From Octopus vulgaris (lineage: Eukaryota): 64,000 nt of DNA. Positions within the stretch are counted from its first letter, which is position 1. Every line of letters starts with the position of its first letter. Below, one piece after another: positions 1-13,939 of the stretch. The position numbers and the translations under genes were made by a program. The notes below the pieces were generated by a model. It saw nothing but the letters and a program-made list of their open reading frames with translations. It made no database searches and was not told where the DNA came from. The stretch lies in contig OX597832.1 in assembly GCA_951406725.2 (NCBI GenBank), positions 7,998,001-8,062,000 on the forward strand, written 5' to 3'.

Positions 1-265
1 ATGTGAATGCATGAAACGCAGCGTAGAAAGAGACATTGAACAAAAGAACAAGAAAATGAAGAGTGGTGAGGAAACTAGTGAGTTGGAAACAGTGAATCCT
101 GAGTGAAAATATGTGTGCATTTGTATATATATATATATATATATATATACATGCATTTATGCATATATGATGAAATACATATATAGATGTAGGTATGTAT
201 ATACATGTACATGTATATATGTATAGGTATATTCATACATACGCTCATTCAGAGCATATACAATA

Positions 266-307
<42 letters not shown>

Positions 308-1469
308 ATGTATGTATGTATGTATATATGCACACACGCTCAAACGCGCGCGCACGCACACACATATTTATATTGAAGGAAGGAGAGAGAGATAGAGTTG
401 GAGAGGACGAAAGAAAATGAGAAAAAGATAAAAGAATTTCAAATAGAAAACAATACATGACATTGTATGGGTTAACATCAGAAGGGGTAACACACAGGAT
501 GTCATGGAATGAAAGATAGAAACAAGTTAATAAACGGAGACGAGAATGATAGGTTAGTGGAAAAGGACAAAAGTTATAATACAGAAAATCTGAAAGGGTT
601 TACACATGAAATGAAGACTAAGAATAAAAATATAAATCAAAAGAACGATGAAAGTTGAATGTCAAATATGAACAAGAAAGAAAAAGAAATCAAAATTAAA
701 AATATATAGCGAAAGTAGAAAAATTATGTGAAAATAATAGTAAAGAAACCCTACTTCTGTAAAAGATATATAACTTAAGTTGATACCATTTAATTTCCTG
801 TCTTATGTTCACGTTTTTTTACCTCTTCCTTTGTATTATAAAATATTTCAAAGAAACTGGTTTCCGCTTTCCGTGATCATCCTTTTGTATAGAAAATATT
901 TTTTACGTTGATTCTGACAGCAGTGTCGAATCGAGATAGGGCTGCTGGGTGAATTGAACCAGCGACTGAGATGTCATTCTCCGTTTGTTTTTCTTGTCTT
1001 TTTTTTTCTTCTCTTTATTTTTGTCAGTTTGAAAACTCTCCTCTTCCCGAGGGAAGAATGACTATCACAAATTTGTTATGCCTTCATTCTAAAATAATTT
1101 TTTGATAATTTAATAACTGACTACAGTGACTGATCAAAATTGCTTTCTGTTATTTAGTTGTAGTAAACACTTAACATAATTTAAATTCAGCCAGCATTAT
1201 CATGGGTTCAAATCTCTTTAAAACTATCATTGGTCATTTGTCGTTTTTCCAACCTCAAACATTAATCTGAAAATTTTCAAATTATATAAATATGGTATGG
1301 TTTTGCCGGCTTTTGACAAATATTGCCTTCATTCTTTTGGAATATTTATAATAAAGACGTTAGAAGCACTTACATTTACGTAGTTTTATCAGTCTATTTT
1401 ATGCCACTGTCCTCACTGTTTGTTGTTATGGCAAATTTGCTTCATTTCGTATTTTATTTTTAACCATTT

Positions 1470-2120
1470 CATGAATGCGTATGTCAGGGATGTGGTAGCG
1501 GAGAACGTCGGACGTCTGTGTCTATTAGAAGAAACCCGTGGTTGGAAGCGAGGAACCCTTCCACTTAGAAGTTTAATTATATTTATCTACTGCTGTGTTG
1601 ACAACCACTAGGTTTTGTCTGGATGGGCTGGGGATCAGTATGACTGCAGCAGTAGGTTATAAAAATTATTTGCAGAAGGCCTGCGCAATCCAATGAAGAT
1701 TAATTGCTCCAGCAGAATTGTTGAAATAAAAGAAACAGTTTTAGGAGAAGAAAGTACAGACGAGGTCGAGTAATACTACACAAACAGTGGGTTATTGGTG
1801 GTGAGACGCAAAATTAGAGAAATTACTTTCGCAAGATCGCAATACGTTTGAAGATTGCATTCATCAATCAGTTCTACCGAGAACACGTATTTACATTGGC
1901 CGGTGGAGCGCATACTCGCATATTCATGAAATACCAGAGAACCAATTTCACCATACAACGGCGAACCACAGTTTTGAGTTTGTAAACTCACAAGTAGAAA
2001 GATCGGTGCAATGGCACTCATCGTTTTACAATGGACACACCTGTCTGCGATATTATGTAACGCCGCAGGTATGAAAAATATAATTTGTTTGAAAAGATAC
2101 TGGAATTCATAGCTCAATTT
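1470..2120 (+). mobile_element. Merlin (IS1595/ISXO2-like DDE) transposase relic, frameshifted
   Basis: Manual translation across frameshifts: GTLPLRSLIIFIYC (ORF 1420..1611), ISMTAAVGYKNYLQKAC, VEIKETVL/RRRKYRRGRVILHKQWVIGG (from 1720), SVLPRTRIYIGRWSAYSHI, HTTANHSFEFVN (~1950-1990). Matches the Merlin pattern VEIDE..KRKYNRGR..WVFGG..ILPGT.I.SD.W.AY..H.TVNHS.NFV. Termini not defined. Confidence 0.75.
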
Positions 2121-3186
2121 CGTTAAATTCATAACATTTCGCTATATTGCTAAATTCCATAAACATTTTGTTTTATTTACAGTGCAGTGTTGTGCAATGT
2201 TTTTGTCGTTCCATTTCGGCTATTATTTCTAGAAGCAGCTCGGAAGCAAGACCTGTGCGTATGTCAAAAATATTATTAATTATCTAATTGTATAAAGCTT
2301 CAAGTGGTTTGCAGAAAACAATGAAAGATGTTGTATAAAAAAAGAAACTATTCATTATTTCATCAATATTTTGTTTCATTAAATTCTTTAAAGAAAACAA
2401 CCCTCCTCTTCGTTTGTTTTGTTCGCATTCATTAAGCTATCTTTTTAAAAAAGGCCTCCGTTTGTGTTTGTATGCTTTCAGTAGATTCTTTTTCATAAAA
2501 ATGAATTCAATTTTCAAGATGCCTTCTTGTCTTCATTTACAACGATTCTCCGTTGTCATGACAACCCAGTTTCGACTTTCGTTTGTAACGACACTGGACT
2601 CATTTTATTGGCTAAAGCTATATAATTTTAAATGCTTCTATTTTGTTTATTATTAACTTTGTGAAAAAATGAACGCGATATTTCTTAGCATGCAAAATTT
2701 CATCAGTATTGAAAATCTGAAAAAAATTCCCTTGAGAATTGAAAAACCCCCAAGTCGCTGGAAGAAAATGAAAAGATCCATACCGTCGCCCTTAACATAC
2801 CCGATGGAAATGAGAGAGTATGTTTCCGTTTTGTACGAATATCAATCGAATAAACTAAGGGAACCATTGATAAATTTTTGACCTTCTCATTAGCATTGCA
2901 TTCATCGAGGTGTGTTTCCTGTGTTTTGTTATAAATCACCTTTAGCAGTTCATTTAGTTTAGAGGAAGAGGTCATAACCCAAGACCTTCAGGAACGCTCT
3001 GATATCTATGAGAACGTCGTGGTTCATATACTGTTAGAATATGGCGGTTTGAAACACAACAACAACAGCAACAAAAGGAGAATGCCAAGGAAGTGAATTC
3101 CAATTATATGGTATTCTGGAGAGAAGGTACTGAGGAGAATGTATATATTATAATGCAAGTAGAAGTGATTCAGATACACATGAATA

Positions 3187-3694
3187 TCTATATATATAAA
3201 ACTGTAGTTGTGTGAGTGTCTGTCCCCTTCGATTTAGATTCCTAACTACTCCCACATTTTGCGGTGCAGTTTAACCAAATTCGGGTATCTTATAGTCGTG
3301 ATTCATATCGAGCCCGTCTGCGTATTAGCGCGCGTCTACGATGAGCCTACGAGTTTAAAAATAATTTAACATCATTTTTTATTCCATTTTAATGCATAAT
3401 TTTTCGTGTGTCGATAGCGGCGGAGTTGGCGTCCATGGTCACACCTGCACCTGTTTGCTTCTCCCTTCTTCCCTCCCTCGTGAAGCTGTGGGGAAGAGAG
3501 TGTAAGGAAATCAACGTCGTAAAGCGTTGTCAAGGAGACCAGCGTTCTTTTAGAACAACGACTTCATGGCTTGACACCAAAACAGAAATGGTTAAGAAAG
3601 CCCGAATTGGCATCTGTAAGGGGAGTAACTCTCTAAAAATGCTTATATAGTTATTTCCCTTACAAACCCGAGCAACGCCGGGCGATACTGCTAG
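3187..3694 (+). mobile_element. Non-autonomous Helitron (family H1)
   Basis: 5' A|TCTATATATATAAAA, 3' hairpin CCCGAGCAACGCCGGG then CGATACTG-CTAG|T; inserted between A and T with no TSD; second copy at 40512-40906. Confidence 0.85.
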
Positions 3695-5443
3695 TGGATT
3701 AGAAAATGAGAAGAGATGAATGGAGTAGTTGTGAACGGGCCTCCTCGAATTCAATCATCTCCCAAAAGCAGAGGCCGCCATGGTAGGATAGGAACGGAAA
3801 AGTATAGAAAGGATTCATTTCTTTCCGATGGAACCTATTTTAGAAGCTGAAACTATTTTTTATGTTAAGCTTTGCCAAGACTATGCAATTTTGAAAGAAA
3901 GAAATGAATCCAGTATAGTAGCATAGAAAGGGAAAAGGTGGAGACTCAATTATAGACGTGGGGCGGAATGTTCATCTGAATGAAACCTTAAGAGATTTAA
4001 AACAGTAGCTGCTTTATATATGGTAATCACAAGTTACATATTTTGGTAACGGGGGATTTTATTCGATTTCAATATTTCACAGATTTTTATTGAGCGTCTA
4101 TGAATGAATGACGAAAGTCAAAATTACCTCGATAACATTTGACCACGGAATATAAATTGGTTGAAACTAAATAGTATCCATTTTGCCATACAACACGATT
4201 TGTATTTTAAGACACGACTTATAGACACAGCCTTCTCTTTAGAAAAATGCGGTACTAACTGTAGTTCATACAAAATGCAAATATTATTCATTTTTGTTGC
4301 TTATGATCTTGCCACGCCTGATTGAACAGACTTATAATAACATACGGTCTATCCGTAATCAACTCGTCATTTTAAGTGTCACTGTCTATCTCAAAAATAT
4401 ATTCAACATTTCGTTCCATTATTTTCCCCAAGCATATTTGAACTGGTAAGAAGTTTGTATTTATGCACATCAATGCTTAGCACTGATACACCGTAACTGA
4501 TAATAGCGTCTTGGTATGGTTAATAATTTTATTGTTTGCTTTCAGTTCCTAAAATGCTTTCCATCGGTACACATACTAGTTGCGAAGAGATATTTTGTCG
4601 CAACTGTATTACCGTGGAGGAGTTTGAGGGAAGCCTTGCGTGACATTCTATGTTAAACTTTGCCAATACTGTGCGATTTTGAAAAGAAAGAAATGAATCC
4701 AGATGTAAGAAAGACAAAACAACAACTAAGATGTTACGTTATATTTCCTTAGTGCAAAATTCCGTTGGTAAAGGAAAATTTCCCTCGTTTTCTCTCTGCC
4801 GCTCTCTCTCTTTATATATATCCTCTTTTCTCTCTCTTGCCCTCTTCCTCCTCTACCTGCTGCTGACACATGACCCGTGGCCAGCTTTCATTTCATCCTT
4901 TCATTCTCTCCCTTTCTCACGCCAGATGCCTAGCTGACCGGTCGTAAAAAAATGTCTATGTCTTGCCATTTGCTGTTTTCTATATCCTTTACGATGTTTT
5001 CTAAGCGTTACTAACCTTTATTGTCTTTTTTGCCCTAACCCTGTATTTTCCCCGTTTCTTAACCATTTCGTCTTTGTCCATCGTCGTAAATTATATTATT
5101 TTTTTTTACTTTCGTATGTTCACTCTGTGCTGCTTTAGTTGCTTTCACTGCAGCTATTAATGATGCGAAACTTAAACGAAAAAATGCATTGGAAATAAAG
5201 AACAACAGGTAAAAAATCGTATACTGAGTGTACAACCGGACCGGACAGAGACATAGAACGTCCCTAAATCGTTATTAGTTATCAACCAAATATTATTACC
5301 AGCGTTATTTCGAAAATTATCCAGAAAAAATGTTCAATAATTAATCATATATGGGTAAAAAAGATTTTAGAAAATTTTTACTACAATATATACAATATAC
5401 ATATTATATATATATATATATGTATCTATATATATATATTATA

Positions 5444-5525
<82 letters not shown>

Positions 5526-5526
<1 letters not shown>

Positions 5527-6401
5527 TAGTAGTATCGCCCGGCGTTGCTCGGGTTTGTTTCGCCCCGCTGGAATTGTAATTTTGAAAAGTAAAAATTTTG
5601 TGAACATTTTTCTGGTCGAAATAACCGAAAAGTGGCGACACAGCAGTGAAAAAATCGTAAAAAATAGGGATTCTCATAGAAAAAAGCATCTTTTTGATGT
5701 AAATAATTTTTGGTGTTAACATGGTCCAATTTGAATTTTATGTTCTACGGAAGGAAGAGCAACCCTTCTTCTACCATACTCTCAATTTTGGTCAACTTGC
5801 GCCGCAGGGTCTCAGAGGAGATAGTGTTAGTTGAAGGTTACCATTCTAGGTGCCTGAGTAACAACCTCGCGGATTTACAGATAAATGAATTAATTACTAT
5901 TTTACAGAATAAAATTAAATAATTCTTGAAAATTAATTAATATTAATATTTTTTGAACAAAGTAAATAATTTTTAAAACTTAAATAATAATTTTTTTTAC
6001 ACAAATGCGAACGGGGAAAAGGGGGTGGCGAATTCGATTTACATACCTAATTTTTTTCTTTTTCATGACATTGTAGCAAAATAGTAGTGAATTATATAAA
6101 TACCAGCAGTACATTTTTTTTTCTGGGGTATTTTTTTCAACCTCGTCACATATTTGCCCCTTTCAATTTAAACAAAGTTTTAATTAAGCAATTACGGCAG
6201 CTTAGCAATGGTTTCAATACAGGCGTGACATCTGTATCTCAATTGTTCAAAACCCTTCGAATCTTTTCGCACGTGATGATATCATAGTGAAAACTTTCAA
6301 TTACGCGCGCTTATTTCTGTCTTTCACTCTGTCTGTCTCTTTACACACACTAACAAAAGCACTTCACTTACACACCACACTTTCTGTGTCGCACAACCCA
6401 T

Positions 6402-6440
<39 letters not shown>

Positions 6441-6987
6441 GCACGCACACATGTACATCAATGCTTTCGGAGTGAAATGCTAAAATATTGAGTTTTCTCG
6501 AATTTTGTCTTAATTGGTGGTAAAATTGAAAGAAATTTTTTATGGCATCACCCACTGAAGTACTCTGAAAAATCATGGGTACACTCTAATTGAAGAAATT
6601 GTGTGAGGAGTAAATCGTTATGTATTTATTTGTTTCTTTTTGCTGTGTTTTTTTATTTTTTGAGTAGTGGTTTAAATACTTTCAGTTTAGTCTTCCTCAA
6701 ATCACTCTGTCGCTATTTACTTTCATTTTATTCGTTGCACACTGTGTGTGTGCGTTTGCGTGTGCTGTAAGCCAGACTAAGAAAAGCATTTGACATACAC
6801 ACCAGAATGTGAGTTTTCTGTAAATTTTGCTTAATTGGAGCTTAAATTTTAAAAACTGGACCTGGCATGACCCGATGCATTCTACTCTTAAAAATGCTAG
6901 GTAAATTGTAATTGAAGAAATCCTATATTGTAGATTTCTATAACTTACAAAGGGAGGCAGATAAAATCTGCCTTTTATAATAAGAGA
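5526..6987 (-). mobile_element. Non-autonomous Helitron (family H2) inserted in (TA)n
   Basis: Minus-strand 3' end CCCGAGCAACGCCGGGCGATACTACTAG|T at 5526-5553 (same terminus as H1); candidate 5' end A|TCTCTTATTATAAAAGG at 6987; (TA)n on both flanks; internal diverged duplication ~6490-6600 vs ~6810-6920. Confidence 0.7.
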
Positions 6988-7081
6988 TATATATATATAT
7001 GTATGTATGTAAATATATACGTACATGCATACATACCTACATATATACATACATGCATACATACATATATATATATATATT

Positions 7082-7121
<40 letters not shown>

Positions 7122-7418
7122 TATGTATCAGTATAAAAACTCAAAAAATATAATGCAGAAATATTTATATAAAACCAATTTAAAAATTTTGAGTACATTT
7201 TAATATAAAATAGAAGCCTCATAATGCCGCATCCTAGAAAATTATTAAGGTGGTCATGATAAAAGCATTTAACAATCAACCTATAATTAAATTCAGATTT
7301 CATCCGAGAAAGAGGTACACGTATTCTTGTGAATGAAAATCAGGGATTGAAGGCAAAAAAATAGATAAACTTATTTAAGAAACCTTGGGAAGATGTAATT
7401 ATATACAAAATGTCCAAC

Positions 7419-7487
<69 letters not shown>

Positions 7488-7517
7488 CATACAAATATTA
7501 TATATATACACATAAAT

Positions 7518-7554
<37 letters not shown>

Positions 7555-8009
7555 AATATATTATAATTATTAAATTACAAATAACTAAAAAGTATAAATA
7601 TAAAAAAACATGTTGCATTTTATTTTAACATGATTAAGTCTAGAGAGAAGTTAGAACTCTTTCGCAAATCATAGAATGATACATCAGCATATACGAGTGT
7701 ATTTATGTATACAAAATACAAAATGTAATATAAAACAAATAAAAACACTAAAAAATAGAATGGAGAAATATATAAAATTTCAATCAGGGATTTATAAAAT
7801 GAAAAATAGACATAAGGTTTATAAAACTTCCATCGTTGAAATCATAAGATACATCCTGTATATATAGATAGATAAAGTATAAAGAAAAATAATAGTGATA
7901 ATAAATAAATGAATAAAAAGTATAGGTCGAGGTATTCCTAGCAAGGCAAGTTAAAAAAAAAGACGAGGGTATCACATATATCCGTATATATAAATACGGA
8001 TATATATAT

Positions 8010-8322
8010 AAATCCTTACATCCTTAAAAATGTTTAAGCCCGAAGGCTGCTGCCATGCTGGAGCACCACCGTTGAATGAGCTACACTAATACGTGAAACC
8101 ACCTCTGATACGTGGCACTTGATCAACAAGGGAGTTCGATATCGCTGTCCGCGTCTGTTTTCCTGCCGAGAGGTAGGTTCATCTGGGACCCCTGACAAGA
8201 AGAAATCCAGTTTAGTTTTAAAGAAAACCACGTCCACACCATGCAGGTCTCTCAGGCATTTAGAAAGGATATTGAAGAGCTGTGGTCCTCTGAAACCCAA
8301 GCTGTTGCAGTATCTGTTCCTG
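8010..8322 (-). mobile_element. 3' end of a CR1-group LINE (5'-truncated)
   Basis: ORF 8034..8300: GFRGPQLFNILSKCLRDLHGVDVVFFKTKLDFFLSGVPDEP, typical C-terminus of invertebrate CR1-group ORF2; followed by short 3' UTR and TAAGGA-type tail repeats. Confidence 0.7.
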
Positions 8323-8327
8323 TATTA

Positions 8328-8382
<55 letters not shown>

Positions 8383-10328
8383 TGCATGCACACATACATA
8401 CACATACATATATAGGCATAGATTCAAAGGATTATTGGGTGATATTTCTTAGTGTAAACTAAGAGGTGAAACAGGAATTGTCTTGGATTACGAAGACATA
8501 TGAAGAAAGGTAATCCAGAGGAGAACCCCGCACCATTTTAAGCGTGTCTAGAACTCTATTATCTATTTCTTTTTTTGTTTTCCAGAAGCGGGTGTAATCT
8601 GAAAAAAATATGGTTGTTCTTTGTAGTAGATCGAAAAATAACGAGATATTTCATGGTAAAGTCGTAAAATATCTTTAGGAGTTTTTGTTAACAGTAGAGA
8701 GTAAATGAAGTTATTCTGTTCTCGCGAAAACACTAATGATCAACGGCATAGCACAATTCCACGAAAACCTGTCACACCTGCATAAAAAGCAAAATTGTCG
8801 TGATATTAACTTACGTGATGATAATAATAAAAAAAAACACATTTACATAACGACACTAATAGAAATGTGTACATAGATTAAATATTATACTGAAAGAAAC
8901 AAATTACGTAGCTGAAATATCAACGATGTAAGAAAAAATATAAAGGCGAATCTGAAAATGACTATCACCGAGATTATTAGAACGTATTATAATGCGATGC
9001 CTTAGGCGTTGGATGACAAGATACGAGACAGATGGAAATAACAGGGACTGAATTGAAATGGATAAAGAAAGAGAAAGAAACGCCAGAATAGAATGACATT
9101 GGGTATGTAATTTCCTCAAAACAACATGAACAGGGAGACTTCGGTCACTTAAAATAAATACATATTGTTAAAGGATTGACGTGCATTGTACGACGAACAA
9201 TAGGATTCAAAGACAGTAAGAAATCTTCTTTAGGAGTTATCAATTGAAGCGAGTGAAAATCAGGCATCTATGATAATGAAATTCAAAATGAAATATGAAA
9301 ATGCTGTCTGCTTGTCCAAGATTGACGCTTCGATATTCACACTGCTACATTTCAAGGATTGTAAAAAAAAAAATAAAAAAAAATAGCGGATGAGAGTCTT
9401 GCCACTGGGCGTGATTGTGTTGTGCAGAGTGAGTGAATGGGAGGTGTGATAACATTGATAGCAGAGAGTGGTAAGGAAGTTCGTTTCTTAACCACATTAT
9501 TCTTTAGTGATGACTAACATCACGTGAGTGGAATTCGGTGGGAAACATAGATGCACACACACACATATATATATATGAATGTATGTATATATATATATAT
9601 ATATATACACACACATATATTTACATTCATACATACCTACATACGTTATAAATATGTATTATCTATCTATATATCTATCTTTCTATCTAAATATATATAT
9701 ATTTCCGTCTTATGTCAAAATGAGGTAAAACACCATATATGTGCACTCCTTCCCCCTGTTCGATTTTCAGACGCTGTATTTACACATTTCTCCTCGGTAA
9801 CTGCATACATATATATATACATACATACATACATACATACATACATACATACATGCATACACACAAATACGCATGTGCGCGCGCAGACACATATCTTTAA
9901 CAGATGGACAGTTAGTTGTTTGATATCAGACAATTTATAAAATATATATATAGTATTCAATACTTCCGAGAATACAAGACTATATAGATCTAATAGAAAA
10001 CCAGTATAATGCGTAGAGCAGAAGTTTATAGAGATTCTTCAAACTCATGTCCAAATTCAATAAGTTCATGGAGTTGATTCTCCGATGAGATAAAGGTGAA
10101 TTTCAGCAGCTCTTTGTGATACTTTTCCCCATATAGTTAATTAAATACGTAGGAACCACGAGTCGAAATTTCGAAAGTAAGATAGTAAAAAATTCATTAT
10201 TTACGAGAAATACAGCTTAGAATATTTTGCGATCACGATACTATCTTCTCTCAAATATTTGATTGGATGTACCAAAATATGTAACAACGTACCGTGTTTA
10301 CATTGTATAACTGGAGATAAAATTTGCA

Positions 10329-10622
10329 GTGAAGGCGCATGGCTCTGTTGTTAGAGCATCGGGTTCACAGAATTCTTTATTTCACGTTGCTCCACTTCCC
10401 TCAGCAGTAGGAATGAGTTGCGATGTCACCGGTGCCAAGCTGTATCGGCCTTTGCCTATCCCTGGGATGACATCGATGGCGTGGAGATGGGAGACTGGTA
10501 TGCATGGGCGGCTGCTGGTCTTCCGTAAACAACTTTGCCCGGACTTACGCAGTGGAGGGTAACTTTCTAGGTGCAGTCCCATGGTCATTCATGACCGAAG
10601 GCGGTCTTTAATTTTAGCCTTT
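10329..10622 (+). mobile_element. tRNA-derived SINE (internally deleted head)
   Basis: Head GTGAAGGCGCATGGCTC..GTTAGAGC resembles 28913; shares TTTCACGTTGCTCCA..CTCAGC with 35737 copy; imperfect TSD ATAAA(A)TTTGCA / ATAAACTTGCA. Confidence 0.65.
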
Positions 10623-11221
10623 ATAAACTTGCAAGATGAATGATAGAAATATGTCTAGTTGTTGGTTACCCCTAGTTCATCAAATATTTCTGTTCAAAGG
10701 CATTCCAATCGTAAGTATCTCTTTAAATCAACAGGGAGTCGTCAGAATGCCACTGTGTAGCACACATTGGATTAGGTACTGCTTGATATTCTCTAATATG
10801 ACACGCATGGTTAATTTTGTGTATGCGTTTTATTACATATTTTTCAGTGAGGTTTCACCTGCAGTTAGACAACAACACCTAAGATTGTTATCCTCCATAT
10901 AGTCTGTTTTGATAAACCACCCCTGGGTATTCAGTTTCCTTTCCTGAACGGTAATGTAACGTACACTTCATATATTATGATATAAATACATTTAAATTAC
11001 CTCACATTCCTGATTATTGTAATCATATAAATAATAAACGACCATACTGCAGGTTATCGTCTCTACATAACTGTTACAGTTATTCAATAAATTGTAATAC
11101 ATTGAAATTACAGCTCTACTAGAGCATACTATTAGCTAATTGATTAAATCTAGTAAAACAGCGCAGGTGAGAAAAAACCTAAATAATCATTTTATTGAAA
11201 TGCAATATCTAATAATAATAA

Positions 11222-12210
11222 TGAAATAGGCCAGCATCATCAAAACTGAAAATTGTGTAAATGTTGAAACACATGATGAAAGTTGGTATATTCAAGACTG
11301 AAAATTATGTAATTAAAGAAAAATTTAAACAAGAAATGAACAAAAACAAAAGAAAAAAAGCATTGAAGGAAAAATGTATTGTCAGTTTGCAAGAGATGTA
11401 AACACCAAGACATATGGAGGAGATTAGTGGGCTATGGATGGCGAGGAGTGACTTGAAGATAGAAGCATTCATATGCGAAGCAGATGAAGAAGCGTTAAGG
11501 GCCAATTATAAGAAGTGCAGAATTGATAGCACTACCGATAGCGACAGATGCATAATGTGTGGTGAGAGGGGTGAAACAGTCTGGCACATCGTTAGTGAAT
11601 GCCTGAAATTGGCACAAAGCGAAGACGAACGACAATGTGGCAAGAACGATCCATTCGGAGCTGTGAGTAAACCACGGCCTATAAAAGGCAAAGGCGTGGT
11701 GTGAACAAACCCCGGAACGAATCACCGAAAAGGAGAAGTGCAAAAACTGTGGGATATAATGATCCTGTGCGATCACCTGACCAGACATAGGAAGCCGGAT
11801 GTTGTTGTGGTGAATAAAAATGAAAGAACATGTATGATAATCAACGTAGCATATCTCGGTGACAACAGGATCAATGTGAAAGTATACGAAAAAATAAACT
11901 ACTACCACAATTTAAAGTGGGATATACGAAGGTTGTGGTCAATGAAGAAAGCAGACATGATACCAATAATAATTGGTGCATTCGGAAGTATCAGCATTCA
12001 ACTACGAACATGGCTGCAAGTGTGAAGGTAGAACACTTGCAAAAATGAGCATTTACTTGGAACTGCGAGAATTCTTCGCAGTATTCTTGAATCAGGACAA
12101 GTAAACAAGTGTCACCATAGTCTGTTGGCTGTGGACAGCTGACACATTCCATCATATCCAGCAAAATAAGATGTGAGTTTTAATATAAGAACAATAATAA
12201 TGGTTACAAA
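11222..12210 (+). mobile_element. R4/Dong-clade non-LTR retrotransposon 3' fragment (CCHC + restriction-like endonuclease)
   Basis: CIMCGERGETVWHIVSEC zinc knuckle (ORF 11414..11704); LWD..CDHLTRHRKPDVVVVNK..EKINYY.NLKWDIRRLW..IPIIIGAFG (ORF 11738..12025); frameshifts; AATAAT on both flanks. Confidence 0.85.
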
Positions 12211-12224
12211 TTATGCCACAAGGG

Positions 12225-12373
12225 CAGTAATTTTGGGGAAGGGGATGAGTCGATTCCATCGATCCCAGTGTCAAACTGATACTTATTTATCGACACCAAA
12301 AGGATGAAAGGCGGGCGAAATATCGCTAAGCATTTAGTCCAATGTGTTAACAATTCTGCCTGCTCACCGCCTT
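12225..12373 (-). mobile_element. SINE family B, degraded
   Basis: Reverse complement matches 57883 copy (AAGGCGG..GGCAGAA..GTTA; CCTTTCATCCTTT..GTCGATAAATAAGTA). Confidence 0.7.
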
Positions 12374-12404
12374 AATGATGATGATGGTGATGATGATGAT
12401 GATG

Positions 12405-12788
<384 letters not shown>

Positions 12789-12939
12789 TAATAATAATAA
12801 TAATAATAATAATGATAATAACGATAATAATGATAATAGTAATCCTTTACGCACGAGGCCTAAAATTTCACTGGTACTTTATTGACCCTCAAAGAATGAA
12901 AGGTAAATTCTACCTTGGCCCCCACCAGCACGATGTTGC

Positions 12940-13295
12940 TGGTGGGGCCCAGTTAGTATTTCTTTCAGAATCGAGGAACCCATCCCGCCCAAATGGTCCC
13001 CGAATAAGGCTTATTTCCAGGGGTAAATTTTTCAAACCCCCAAAGAACCCTTCTAAACACTTGGCTATGATGCTTCACCTCTGCCCTTGCAGATCGATCA
13101 CAGATGCATATATATCTGTAGCCACTAAGTGAATGCTCAACTGATTAAAGCCAACCAAGTGACAAGCGAACCTGCTGTATTGAGCAGAGTATTTGCTGTA
13201 GCCTATCTTTTACACCAAGACAAAACATGTACCTGTTAAAAATTCCAATCAATTAAGATCAGAAGCCATGAGTGCCACTACCTGGCATTGCATCA
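12940..13295 (-). mobile_element. Unclassified non-coding interspersed repeat (copy 1), microsatellite-flanked
   Basis: Collinear with ~33880-34270 (GCTATGATGCT, CAGCCACTAAGTGA.ATGCTCAA, GCAGA.TATTTG, CAAGACAAA). Strand is arbitrary. Confidence 0.7.
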
Positions 13296-13304
13296 CCACA
13301 ATTA

Positions 13305-13423
13305 TTATTATTGTCATTATTATATTGTTATTATTATTATTATTATTATTATTAGTAATAGTAGTAGTAGTAGTAGTATTGTTATTATTATCATCAGTAT
13401 TATAATAAGTATTATTATTATTA

Positions 13424-13468
<45 letters not shown>

Positions 13469-13543
13469 GTAATAGTAGTAGTAGTAGTAGTAGTAGTATT
13501 GTTATTATTATCATCAGTATTATAATAAGTATTATTATTATTA

Positions 13544-13582
<39 letters not shown>

Positions 13583-13651
13583 GTAATAGTAGTAGTAGTA
13601 GTAGTATTGTTATTATTATCATCAGTATTATAATAAGTATTATTATTATTA

Positions 13652-13687
<36 letters not shown>

Positions 13688-13843
13688 GTAATAGTAGTAG
13701 TAGTAGTAGTAGTAGTATTGTTATTATTATCATCAGTATTATAATAAGTATTATTATTATTATCATTATTATTATTATTATTATTATTATTAGTAGTATT
13801 GTTATTATTATCATCAGTATTATAATAAGTATTATTATTATTA

Positions 13844-13908
<65 letters not shown>

Positions 13909-13920
13909 GTTGTTGTTGTT
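13305..13920. repeat. Higher-order (ATT)n/(AGT)n compound repeat, 5 units
   Basis: AGTATTGTTATTATTATCATCAGTATTATAATAAGT recurs at ~13375, 13495, 13603, 13714, 13795. Confidence 0.9.
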
Positions 13921-13939
13921 GATTGTGATGATGATGTAT

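Noticed and set aside
2703-2975. 90-aa minus-strand ORF
   Set aside because: No motif or convincing splice context.
7650-7692. Hammerhead-like CTGATGT..GAAA on the minus strand
   Set aside because: A9 missing, extra bases before GAAA and no stem I.
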